In this document: positions 25,162 to 36,121 of the stretch, piece after piece
How the letters are laid out: each line of letters opens with the position of its first letter
How positions within the stretch are numbered: position 1 is the first letter of the stretch
NCBI GenBank assembly: GCA_963697435.1
Contig: CAVOOB010000002.1
Location: forward strand, 452,601-516,600
Origin: an uncultured Gemmatimonadales bacterium
Lineage (GTDB): Bacteria; Gemmatimonadota; Gemmatimonadetes; Gemmatimonadales; GWC2-71-9
Direction of reading: 5' to 3'
DNA length: 64,000 nt
Made by a program: the position numbers and the translations under genes
The notes under the pieces: generated by a model
Told to the model about the DNA's origin: nothing
Databases searched by the model: none
What the model saw: the letters and a program-made list of their open reading frames with translations, nothing else

Positions 25162-26274
25162 ATGCGCCGAACCGCCGCCCAGCGGAGTTGGACTCTCCTT
25201 CTCTGCCTGACCGCCGCCCTCCCTGCCTGCTCCGGCAAGGCCGCCGAGGCCAAGGACGCCGCCGCTGATTCGACGGAAGCGCTGCCGTCGTCCCTGTCGT
25301 TGCCGGTGGTGGGCCGCGAGGTGCGGAAGGGGGATCTCGTCCTCAGCGTCGTCACCACCGGGCAGGTCCGCTCCGACGCCGTGGCCGAACTGAAGTTCGA
25401 GGCCACCGGCACGGTGGAGGCGGTGCTGGTGCGCCCGGGTGCCGTGGTGAAGCAGGGGGATCCCCTCCTCCGACTCGACCCGCGCCCCTTCGACCTGGCA
25501 GTGCAGGAAGCACAGGCCAGCGCCGATCAGGCCGAGATGATCTACATCGACGCCATCGTCCCCGACTCACTCGTCACCGGTGAGCCCCCCACTCCCGAAC
25601 GCCGCAAGAACGCCATGGCCCGCAGTGGCCTTCTCGGTGCCCGCGCCCGGCTCGGCAAGGCGCAGCTCGACCGCGAGCGCTCGGTGCTCACCGCGCCGTT
25701 CGACGGCGTCGTGGACCGGGTCGACGTGGCCAATGGTGAGCGGGTGTCAGTTGGGCAGGATGCCGCCACGGTGGTGGACCTCCGGCACCTCCGCATCGAG
25801 GCGCAGGTATTGGAGCACGACCTGCCGCTCATTCGCATTGGCGGACAGGCGGTGGTGACCACCGCCGCCGCGCCCGGCAAGGAGGTCGTCGGCCGGATCG
25901 AGGCCGTCCTGCCGCTGATCGATTCGACCACCCGATCCGGGCGCGCCCTCGTGGTGGTGCCGAGTGGGAACGGTGCGTTGCGGCCGGGGATGTACGCCGA
26001 CCTCCGGCTCGAGGCCACGCGACTCCCCGGCCGCATCCTGGTGCCGAGCCGAGCGGTCATCGAACGAGACGGCCGCCCGCTGGTGTTCGTGGTGAAGGGT
26101 GGCCGCGCGCAGTGGGTGTACATCAATCCCGGCCGCAACAACGGCGTGGAGACCGAGGTGCTCCCCGATTCCTCGTCCAACCAGATTCCCGTCGCCATCG
26201 GTGACACGGTGCTGATCGAGGGGCACCTGACGCTGACGCACGACGCGCCTGTGAAGCTGGTCAACGACCAATGA
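25162..26274 (+). CDS. efflux RND periplasmic adaptor (MFP/HlyD family)
   Basis: ATG 25162, lipobox LPACSG. Lipoyl/barrel pattern ..G.V..V.V..G..VK.GD.L..LD.. and ..LTAPFDGVV... Sits directly upstream of two RND genes. Confidence 0.88.
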   Translation: MRRTAAQRSWTLLLCLTAALPACSGKAAEAKDAAADSTEALPSSLSLPVVGREVRKGDLVLSVVTTGQVRSDAVAELKFEATGTVEAVLVRPGAVVKQGDPLLRLDPRPFDLAVQEAQASADQAEMIYIDAIVPDSLVTGEPPTPERRKNAMARSGLLGARARLGKAQLDRERSVLTAPFDGVVDRVDVANGERVSVGQDAATVVDLRHLRIEAQVLEHDLPLIRIGGQAVVTTAAAPGKEVVGRIEAVLPLIDSTTRSGRALVVVPSGNGALRPGMYADLRLEATRLPGRILVPSRAVIERDGRPLVFVVKGGRAQWVYINPGRNNGVETEVLPDSSSNQIPVAIGDTVLIEGHLTLTHDAPVKLVNDQ

Positions 26275-26290
26275 TCTGCGCGCGCGGGGG

Positions 26291-26329
26291 GATCGTCACC
26301 CCGGCGAAAGCCGGGGTCCAGGTTCCGTG
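26291..26329 (+). repeat. hairpin element copy 6 (between adaptor and RND permease 1)
   Basis: GATCGTCACCCCGGCGAAAGCCGGGGTCCAGGTTCCGTG. The final GTG is the proposed permease start. Confidence 0.85.
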
Positions 26330-29300
26330 AGTCTTTCCTCTTCCGCAGTCTCACGCCCCGTCTCCACCATCGCCGCGGTGCTGGGCCTGGTCCTCCTCGG
26401 CAGTGTGTCGCTCGGTCGGCTGCCGGTGGCACTCCTCCCCGACGTCACTCTGCCGGTGCTCACGATCCGCACCGATCTCCCCGGCGCCGCGCCGCCGGCA
26501 GTCAGTCGCTTTGTCGCCGAGCCGATTGAGGAGGCGATTGCCGCCACACCTGGTCTGGTGGAGCTCCGCTCCATCGCGCGCACCGGCCAGCTGACCACCA
26601 CCGCACGCTTTGCCTGGGGCACCGACATGGCGTCGACGGTGCTCACCGTGCGCGAACGGCTCGATAACGCCCGCGGCCGCCTCCCCGAGCAGGCCACCCG
26701 CCCGACCCTCCTGACCAGTGATCCGGGCGAGCGTCCCATTGCCGTGTTGGCGCTGACCGGCCCCGGCGACCTCCGGTCGGTGAGCCGCACCGCCGAGGAG
26801 GTGCACGCCCGCCGGCTGGAGCAGCTCGAAGGCGTGGCGAGCGTGGCGGTGGTGGGCGCGCCGAAGGACGAGATCCGGGTCGACGTGGACCCCGCACGGA
26901 TGCGCGCCCTCGGCCTCTCGCCCAACGACGTGGCGCGCGCCATCGAGTCGGCCAACGCGACTGCTCCCGGCGGCACCATCCGCCGGGGACAGTTCCGCTT
27001 CTCCGTGCGGGCGCTGACGGAGTTCCGCACCACGGAGGAAATCGGTGACACGCCTGTCGGCCCCGCCCAGCGTGGCATCCGGCTGGCCGACATCGCCACC
27101 ATCACCCTCTCGACCGCCGATCCCCTCACCATGGTCCAGCTCGACGGCTCTCCCGCCGTCGGGCTGGTCGTATATAAGGACGCCGGCGCCAACACCGTCG
27201 CCGTTACCCAGCGGCTCTACGGTTCCATCGCTCAGCTTGAGGAGGAGTTTCCCGACATCGGGATGACGGTTGTCGCCGCGCAGGCCCGCTTCGTCCGGGA
27301 CGCCCTCTCCAACCTCGGCCAGGAGATCGTCCTCGGCGGGTTTCTCTCGCTGCTGGTCATTCTCTTCTTCCTCCGCGACTGGCGCGCCTCGCTCGCCATC
27401 GGGCTCATCGTCCCGCTTTCGGTGATGATCGCGCTGGTGATGCTGCAGCTCCTCAACGTCAGCGTCAACATCCTCTCCCTCGGTGGGCTCGCCCTCGGCG
27501 TGGGCCTGCTGGTCGATAACGCGATCGTGGTGGCTGAAGCCGGAGCGCGGCTCCGCGAACAGGGAATGGACCCCGTCACCGCCGCACGTGTCGCCGGTGA
27601 AGAGGTGGCGGGGCCGCTGACCGCCGGGACGCTGACTACGCTCCTCGTGTTCGGACCGATCATCTTCGTGCAGGGACTCGCCGCGGCCCTCTTCCGCGAC
27701 CTCTCGCTCAGCGTCGTGACATCGCTCTCGGCGGCACTCGTGCTGGCGCTGACGCTGATGCCGGTGATGATGGCGCGGCGCACTGCGCGCCAGCCGGTCG
27801 CGACTGGGCCGGTCTGGGGCGCCAGCCTCGGTGCCCGCCTGATCGACCGCTACGAGCGGGGCATGGAGTGGTCGCTCGACCATCCCCGACGTGTCTTCGG
27901 CATCGCGCTCGCCGGCGTTGCGGTGATGCTGGTCCTCGGCTCCTCGCTGCCGAAGGAGATCCTCCCGCAGGTGGACGAGGGGGTCGTCGTGGCCGACCTG
28001 ACACTGCCCGAAGGCACCGCCATCGAGGAGACGGCCCGGCAGGCGGGGCGACTCGAGAAGTCCGCGGAATCGCTGGGCTCGGCTGGGGTATATGCACGGA
28101 TCGGCGCGGCCACCGACGAGGAGGTGCTCTCCGGCGCCGATCCCGGCTCGTCGAGCACCGCGCAGCTGATCATTCCGGTGCCAGACGACCAGGGAGCCGC
28201 AGAATTCGCGGAATCGCTCCGCGCCCTGGTGCCCGACCTCGCGGCCGGCGCGCTGGCGCTCGACCTGGCCGGGCAGACGGAGTTCGGCTCGCTGATCGGC
28301 CGCGAAGGTCGGCTCGTGCGCGTCGAGGTCGGCGCTCCCCGGCTCGCCACCACCGCCGCGTGGGCCGATACGGTCCGACTCGCGATGGCCACGCTCCCCC
28401 GGCTGTCCGATGTCCGCGAGGCACAGCGCGGCACGCAGCCGATGATCGAGATATCTCTCGAGCGCCAGCGCATCGCCGAGCGGGGCATCGACGTGCAGGC
28501 GGTGGTGCAGGCGCTGGCGGGCGGGCTCGGTGGTGTCAGCGCGAGTGAACTGCGCGAGACCGACCGCCGGACGCCAATTACGGTGCGGCTGGCCGGTCAC
28601 GCGAATGAAGACCTTGCCGCCGCACTGCAGACCACGATCCAGGGCGTGCCGGTGGGAGACCTGGTGAGCGTGGAGGAGGTGCGGGCGCCGATCGAGGTGG
28701 TGCGCGTCAACCAGCGCCCCGTCACCGTCGTGGAAGCCACCGTCGAGACCGGTGGCACCGCCCGCGCCAGCAGCGACGTGGCGAAGCTGCTCGGCACCAT
28801 CGCCGCGCCACCGGGCGTCACCTGGACTTTGAGCGGCGCCGATCAGGAGCGCCGCCGCACCACGCAGGAGCTGATGCTCGTGGCGCTTCTTTCTGTGGCG
28901 CTCGTGTTCCTGGTGCTGGCCGGCGAGTTCGCGTCGTTCACGGTGCCGCTGGTCATCATGCTGACGGTCCCGCTCGCCGCCGCCGGTGGCATTGTGCTGC
29001 TCTGGTTCACAGGGCAGAGCCTCAACGCCGTGTCGATGATCGGCATGGTGGTGATGATTGGCATCGCCGACAACGACGCGGTGGTCAAGCTCGACGCCAT
29101 CCGCCGGTTCCAGGCACAGGGCCTCCCGCTCCGAAAGGCGATCATCGCCGGCGGACGGCAGCGGCTTCGCGCCATCGCGATGACCTCGCTGACGACGATC
29201 ATGGGCGTGCTGCCGCTGGTCTTCGGATTCGGCTCCGGTGGCGAGCTCTATCAGCCGCTGGCGGCGGGAGTCATCGGCGGATCGGTCTCCGCGACACTCG

Positions 29301-29434
29301 TGACGTTCTTCCTGATGCCGACGGCGTACTATGTGATTGAGGGGCGAGGCAGGGAGGCAGGGAGGCTGGGAGGCAGTACTGACACTGCCGACCTGCCGCC
29401 CGGCCAACCTGCCGTGCCTGCAGCCCAACCATGA
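26327..29434 (+). CDS. RND efflux permease 1 (AcrB/MdtB-like)
   Basis: 1035 aa with a 12-TM, two-large-loop layout (VSRPVSTIAAVL.., ..LSLGGLALGVGLLVDNAIVV..). GTG start at the edge of a hairpin element. The C-terminal tail is encoded by a G-rich octamer array. Confidence 0.93.
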   Translation: MSLSSSAVSRPVSTIAAVLGLVLLGSVSLGRLPVALLPDVTLPVLTIRTDLPGAAPPAVSRFVAEPIEEAIAATPGLVELRSIARTGQLTTTARFAWGTDMASTVLTVRERLDNARGRLPEQATRPTLLTSDPGERPIAVLALTGPGDLRSVSRTAEEVHARRLEQLEGVASVAVVGAPKDEIRVDVDPARMRALGLSPNDVARAIESANATAPGGTIRRGQFRFSVRALTEFRTTEEIGDTPVGPAQRGIRLADIATITLSTADPLTMVQLDGSPAVGLVVYKDAGANTVAVTQRLYGSIAQLEEEFPDIGMTVVAAQARFVRDALSNLGQEIVLGGFLSLLVILFFLRDWRASLAIGLIVPLSVMIALVMLQLLNVSVNILSLGGLALGVGLLVDNAIVVAEAGARLREQGMDPVTAARVAGEEVAGPLTAGTLTTLLVFGPIIFVQGLAAALFRDLSLSVVTSLSAALVLALTLMPVMMARRTARQPVATGPVWGASLGARLIDRYERGMEWSLDHPRRVFGIALAGVAVMLVLGSSLPKEILPQVDEGVVVADLTLPEGTAIEETARQAGRLEKSAESLGSAGVYARIGAATDEEVLSGADPGSSSTAQLIIPVPDDQGAAEFAESLRALVPDLAAGALALDLAGQTEFGSLIGREGRLVRVEVGAPRLATTAAWADTVRLAMATLPRLSDVREAQRGTQPMIEISLERQRIAERGIDVQAVVQALAGGLGGVSASELRETDRRTPITVRLAGHANEDLAAALQTTIQGVPVGDLVSVEEVRAPIEVVRVNQRPVTVVEATVETGGTARASSDVAKLLGTIAAPPGVTWTLSGADQERRRTTQELMLVALLSVALVFLVLAGEFASFTVPLVIMLTVPLAAAGGIVLLWFTGQSLNAVSMIGMVVMIGIADNDAVVKLDAIRRFQAQGLPLRKAIIAGGRQRLRAIAMTSLTTIMGVLPLVFGFGSGGELYQPLAAGVIGGSVSATLVTFFLMPTAYYVIEGRGREAGRLGGSTDTADLPPGQPAVPAAQP
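29343..29376 (+). repeat. G-rich octamer array (AGGGAGGC), about 4 units, inside the RND permease 1 tail
   Basis: GGCGAGGC AGGGAGGC AGGGAGGC TGGGAGGC AG, which encodes ..GRGREAGRLGG... Confidence 0.85.
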
Positions 29435-32400
29435 TTGGTTGGGCTGTACGGCGCCCCGCGGTCATCGCCGCGACCGCGCTCGCCCTCTGCCTCGCGGGGG
29501 GCGTCGCCTTCACGCGGCTGCCGCTCGCCACGCGTACCACGGTGGAACTGCCGAGGATCAGCGTCACCGTTTCCTGGCCCGGCGCTGCCGCCGAAGTGGT
29601 GGAGACCTACCTCACCTCGCCGATCGAGGCGGCGGTGCAGGCGGTGCGCGGCGTCCGGAAGACCAGCAGCGAATCGTCCGAGGGCCAGTCCCGCCTCACG
29701 ATTGAACTCGATCCCACCATCGACGTCCGCATGGCCCGGCTCGCTATCCTCGAACGGATGGAGCTGCTTCGCCCCGACTTTCCGCCCGGGGCCCGAGCGC
29801 CGATGGTCGCCAACTGGGTGCCGGAGGAGCTGAGCGAGAGCCCCCTCATCCGCTACACCATCACCGGGCCCTACACCGCGGGCGCGCTCAGCCGCATCGC
29901 GCGGGACGACATCAGCCCCAGGCTCAGCGCCGTTCCTGGTGTCGCCGGCATCAACATGCGGGGCGACGCCGACCTCGGCGTGGCGGTGGCGTACGATCCG
30001 CCCTTCCTCCGCCGGCAGGGCGTTTCGCCGGGGCTGCTGTTCGACGCCATCGCCAACTCTCGCATCGTCCAGTCACTCGGCAACGAACGCCTCGGCGCGT
30101 CGGTCCGCACCGTCGTGCTCCGCGACCAGCCCAACGCCATCGCGGACCTGGCCGACCTGCCGATTGCCGGGCCCGGCGGCCGGGTCTTCCGGCTGGGAGA
30201 CCTCGCCACCGTGCGCCCGGAAGAAGACGCCCGTGGCCGGTTCTACCGGATCAACGGACTGCCGGCCGTCTCCCTCGACGTGTCGCGACTCGCCGCTGCT
30301 GACGCGATCCAGACCGCCGCACGAGTGCGCGCGCTCGTGGCGGGACTCCAACCGGTCCTGCCCCCCGGCGTGCGCCTCAGCATCGAGGACGACGAAAGCG
30401 TCGAGCTGGCGAAACAGCTCACCGACCTGGTGCGCAGAGGACTCCTCGCCGCCGTGTCCGTCGCACTGGTCCTCCTCCTGACCCTCCGGAATGTCCGCGC
30501 CGCCGCGCTGGTGCTCGCCAGCGCCGCCGTCGCCATCGCCGGCACCGCCCTCGGCCTCTACCTCCTCGAGATCCCCGCCAACCTGCTGACCCTGGCCGGC
30601 CTCGGCATGGGCATCGGCGTGCTGGTGCAGAACGGACTCGTCGTGATGGAGCGGCTCCGCACCGCACCCGACACCCCCGAGGGGCGCGCCGAGGCAGGGC
30701 GGAGGATCACGCCGGCCGTTATGGGCAGCACGCTCACGACCGGCGTGGTGCTCCTGCCGTTCCTCTATCTGCAGGGAAACGCGCGTGCGGCGTTCGTCCC
30801 CTTCGCGGCGGCATTCGCCCTGGCGCTCGGTTCGTCGGTGGCGTCGTCGCTGGTGATGGTGCCTGCCCTCGGCGCGGGCCACGGCGTGGCGCGCGGCGGC
30901 TGGCCACGGCTCGACCGCACCTACCGCTGGGTGCTGATCAAGCTGCTCCGCTGGCGATGGGTCACGGTGATGCTCACCACCGCTGGGCTGGCCGTGCTCA
31001 CCTGGGGGTTCATCAACAAGGTGCCGCGCTACAACTGGGGCGACTGGTTCGGCCAGCGGACCACCCTCAGCGCGTCACTCGGTTTTCCCCGTGGCTCCGA
31101 TCCGGTCAGCCTCGACCTCGGCATGCGCGAGTTTGAGCGACTCGTGGTGGGGGTGCCTGGGGTGGAGCAGGTGGTGACGCTGGCGATGGGGGACCGCGCC
31201 TACATGCGGGTGCTCTTCGAGAAGGAGGCTGGGCTCGGCCCCCTGCCGAGCCAGCTGCAGGAGGCGCTGACCCAGCGGGCGGTGTTGATCGGAGGCGCCA
31301 GCGTGTCGGTGCAGGGAAGTGGTCCCGGATTCAATTCGGGGTTCGGCGGGGGCGGCAGCGTCTCCTATCGGGTCAAGCTGCTGGGCTACTCGTTTGACGG
31401 CGTCGAGCGCCTGGCGCTCGACCTCAAGGAGCGGCTGGAGCGGATACCGCGCGTGCGCGACGTGGACATCAACGCCGGCAGTTTCTGGGGTCAGGACAAG
31501 GCATTCACCGTCACTCTCATTCCCGACCGCGCGGCGCTGGCCCGGTACGGCCTCACGGCGCGCGACCTGGCGGCGGCGGTGGCGCGCGAGGTCCGCGGGC
31601 CGGTGGGTGCCCAGCGGATCGACATCGGCGGCGAGGAGATCGAGGTCAACCTCAAGGCGGCGGGCGCCCGGGAACGGAGCCTCGAGGAACTGCGGTCGGC
31701 GCTGGTGCCCAACGCCGCGGGGGCACCGGTACGTATCGGCGACCTTGCGACGGTGGAGGAGCGGGAAGGGCTCGGCACGGTCTCTCGGGAGGACCAGCAG
31801 TATGTACGGGTGGTCGGATACGATTTCCGTGGGCCCAACAAACTCGCCGAGCGGACGCACAATGCGTTCATGGCCTCGATCGCGGTGCCGCCGGGGTATT
31901 CGGTGGCCGATCAGCGCTTCGACTACAACCGCGACGAGAGCGGCAAGGGGCTCTGGCTGGTCTTCGCCATCGGGGTGGCACTGGTGGTCCTCGCGGTGGC
32001 GCTGGTCTTCAATTCGGTCTGGGCGACCGCCATGGTGGCACTCGCCCTGCCAATTGCCGTGGCAGGCGTCGGCGCGGCGTTCTGGGCAGCGGGCGCGGCC
32101 TTCGGGCGGGAGGCGGCGGTCGGGGTAATCCTGGTCGTGGGGCTCGCGGTAAATCAGGCGATCTTGCTCGTGCATGGAGCACTGGAAAGGCGGGGCAGCA
32201 GGGCAGCGGGGCAGCGGGGCAGTTTGAGTGGTGCAGATGTTGTGCGGGTGGCCCGGGATCGATCTGCCATGATTGTCCTGGTGACGCTGACCACCGTCGC
32301 GAGCCTCCTGCCGCTCGCCATCGGGACCGACCCCGACAGCCTCTTCGGGTCGATCGCGCTCGCCACCGCCGGCGGGACCCTTTTCGGGACGATCGGTGCG

Positions 32401-32460
32401 CTGTTCGTGTTGCCAGTCCTGTTGGTGGGGCGGGGAGGCAGCGGGGCCGGGAGGCGGTAA
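29431..32460 (+). CDS. RND efflux permease 2 (AcrB/MdtC-like)
   Basis: 1009 aa, MIGWAVRRPAVIAAT.. start, ATGA overlap with permease 1. Carries an octamer-repeat-encoded insertion near residue 920. Confidence 0.93.
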   Translation: MIGWAVRRPAVIAATALALCLAGGVAFTRLPLATRTTVELPRISVTVSWPGAAAEVVETYLTSPIEAAVQAVRGVRKTSSESSEGQSRLTIELDPTIDVRMARLAILERMELLRPDFPPGARAPMVANWVPEELSESPLIRYTITGPYTAGALSRIARDDISPRLSAVPGVAGINMRGDADLGVAVAYDPPFLRRQGVSPGLLFDAIANSRIVQSLGNERLGASVRTVVLRDQPNAIADLADLPIAGPGGRVFRLGDLATVRPEEDARGRFYRINGLPAVSLDVSRLAAADAIQTAARVRALVAGLQPVLPPGVRLSIEDDESVELAKQLTDLVRRGLLAAVSVALVLLLTLRNVRAAALVLASAAVAIAGTALGLYLLEIPANLLTLAGLGMGIGVLVQNGLVVMERLRTAPDTPEGRAEAGRRITPAVMGSTLTTGVVLLPFLYLQGNARAAFVPFAAAFALALGSSVASSLVMVPALGAGHGVARGGWPRLDRTYRWVLIKLLRWRWVTVMLTTAGLAVLTWGFINKVPRYNWGDWFGQRTTLSASLGFPRGSDPVSLDLGMREFERLVVGVPGVEQVVTLAMGDRAYMRVLFEKEAGLGPLPSQLQEALTQRAVLIGGASVSVQGSGPGFNSGFGGGGSVSYRVKLLGYSFDGVERLALDLKERLERIPRVRDVDINAGSFWGQDKAFTVTLIPDRAALARYGLTARDLAAAVAREVRGPVGAQRIDIGGEEIEVNLKAAGARERSLEELRSALVPNAAGAPVRIGDLATVEEREGLGTVSREDQQYVRVVGYDFRGPNKLAERTHNAFMASIAVPPGYSVADQRFDYNRDESGKGLWLVFAIGVALVVLAVALVFNSVWATAMVALALPIAVAGVGAAFWAAGAAFGREAAVGVILVVGLAVNQAILLVHGALERRGSRAAGQRGSLSGADVVRVARDRSAMIVLVTLTTVASLLPLAIGTDPDSLFGSIALATAGGTLFGTIGALFVLPVLLVGRGGSGAGRR
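32192..32222 (+). repeat. G-rich octamer array (GGGGCAGC), about 4 units, inside RND permease 2
   Basis: GGGGCAGC AGGGCAGC GGGGCAGC GGGGCAG, which encodes ..RRGSRAAGQRGS... Confidence 0.85.
32424..32457 (+). repeat. G-tract-rich segment at the RND permease 2 C-terminus
   Basis: GGTGGGGCGGGGAGGCAGCGGGGCCGGGAGGCGG, which encodes ..VGRGGSGAGRR before the stop. Confidence 0.6.
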
Positions 32461-32472
32461 CTACTTTCTCGC

Positions 32473-32521
32473 TCAGTCCTCAGTCCTCAGTCCTCAGTCC
32501 TCAGTCCTCAGTCCTCAGTCC
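32473..32521 (-). repeat. heptamer array (TCAGTCC on + strand), 7 perfect units
   Basis: (TCAGTCC)x7 then TCATCTC. Confirmed by the SSVLSPQSSVLSPQSS periodicity in track ORF 32396. Confidence 0.95.
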
Positions 32522-32563
32522 TCATCTCGTTACTTCACAATACTTTACCAGCGCTCTTTTCGG

Positions 32564-32593
32564 TTGATTTCCCCACCCGGAACAGGGTATATT
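32564..32593 (+). promoter_or_regulatory. sigma-70-like promoter candidate for gyrA
   Basis: TTGATT (32564-32569), an 18-nt spacer, then TATATT (32588-32593), about 58 nt before the gyrA ATG, in a locally AT-rich patch. Confidence 0.4.
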
Positions 32594-32651
32594 TCGCCGT
32601 TCCCGGTGGCCCGGCCGGCCACCCGGTTGTCCGCACCAACCCCGAGTTCAC

Positions 32652-35152
<2,501 letters not shown>

Positions 35153-35156
<4 letters not shown>

Positions 35157-36121
35157 GCCCGGTCGACGCACCGGCCGTCACCCTCGACGACATCCGAGCC
35201 GCCGCCGAGACGATTGCGGGCGTCACGGCGCGGACGCCACTGATCGAGATGCCCGCGCTCACCAAGCTCACCGGGCACTCGGTGGCGTTGAAGTGCGAAC
35301 AGCTCCAGCCGATCGGTGCGTTCAAGGTGCGCGGCGCCTACAACGCCATCCAGCGGATGCCGAAGGAGGCGCGGACCCGCGGTGTCATCACCTATTCGAG
35401 CGGTAACCACGGACTGGCCGTTTCCTGGGCCGCGTCCAAGGTGGGCGTCCGCGCCGTCATCGTGATGCCGGATACCGCCCCAAAGGTCAAGGTGGACGGC
35501 GTACGCAAGCTTGGCGGCGAGGTGGTCTTCGTGGGCCCCCGTTCGCTGGATCGCAAGGTGAAGGCGGAGGAAATCTGTGCCGCCGAGGGACTGGCCATGC
35601 TGCCGCCCTTCGACCACCCCGACGTGATTGCCGGGCAGGGCACCTGTGGGCTGGAGATCCTGGAGGCCTGGCCCCACGTTGATTCGATCGTGGTGCCGGT
35701 CGGGGGTGGCGGTCTCCTGGCGGGTATTTGCGTGGCCGTCGCCGGGCTACGCCCTGAGACGAAGGTGATCGCGGTGGAGCCGGAGGGTGCGGCCAAGTTG
35801 ACGGCCGCGATGGATGCCGGCGGTCCCTCCACGCTGGAGCGCGCCACCAGCATGGCGGATGGGCTGCTGACCCTCTCCGTCGGGTCGATGACCTTCCCGC
35901 TCATCCAGCCGGTCATTCACGAGGTGGTGACGGTGTCCGACGATGAGATCGCGGGGGCGGTTCGCCTGCTTCACCACGAGGCCGGACTGCGTGTGGAGCC
36001 CTCCGGAGCGGTCACCACGGCGGCCATCCTCGCCAGGCGCGTGCACCCCAAGGGGTCGGCCGTTGCCGTGGTGAGCGGGGGCAATATGGATGACGACTCC
36101 TTCGAACGACTGGTGCATTGA
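35153..36121 (+). CDS. PLP-dependent threonine/serine dehydratase family enzyme
   Basis: 322 aa with [10 protein letters not shown] (PLP Lys), SSGNHG and [15 protein letters not shown] overlap with the gyrA stop. Confidence 0.88.

Noticed and set aside
26351-29428. 1025-aa minus-strand ORF, with similar giants at 32535-35171, 60527-62839, 45919-47772, 38262-40169, 13873-15456, 11837-13570, 2149-3750, 52447-53712 and 99-1313.
   Set aside because: All are antisense to, or out of frame with, genes that have unmistakable family motifs (RND, gyrA, leuS and others). Their translations are Arg/Gly/Pro/Ala-rich low-complexity sequence, which is typical of stop-poor frames in GC-rich DNA.
32473-32521. 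Could the tandem arrays (heptamer, octamer) be CRISPR arrays?
   Set aside because: The units are 7-8 nt and directly abutting, with no spacers. There is no repeat of CRISPR length (about 24-48 nt) and no cas gene in the window.
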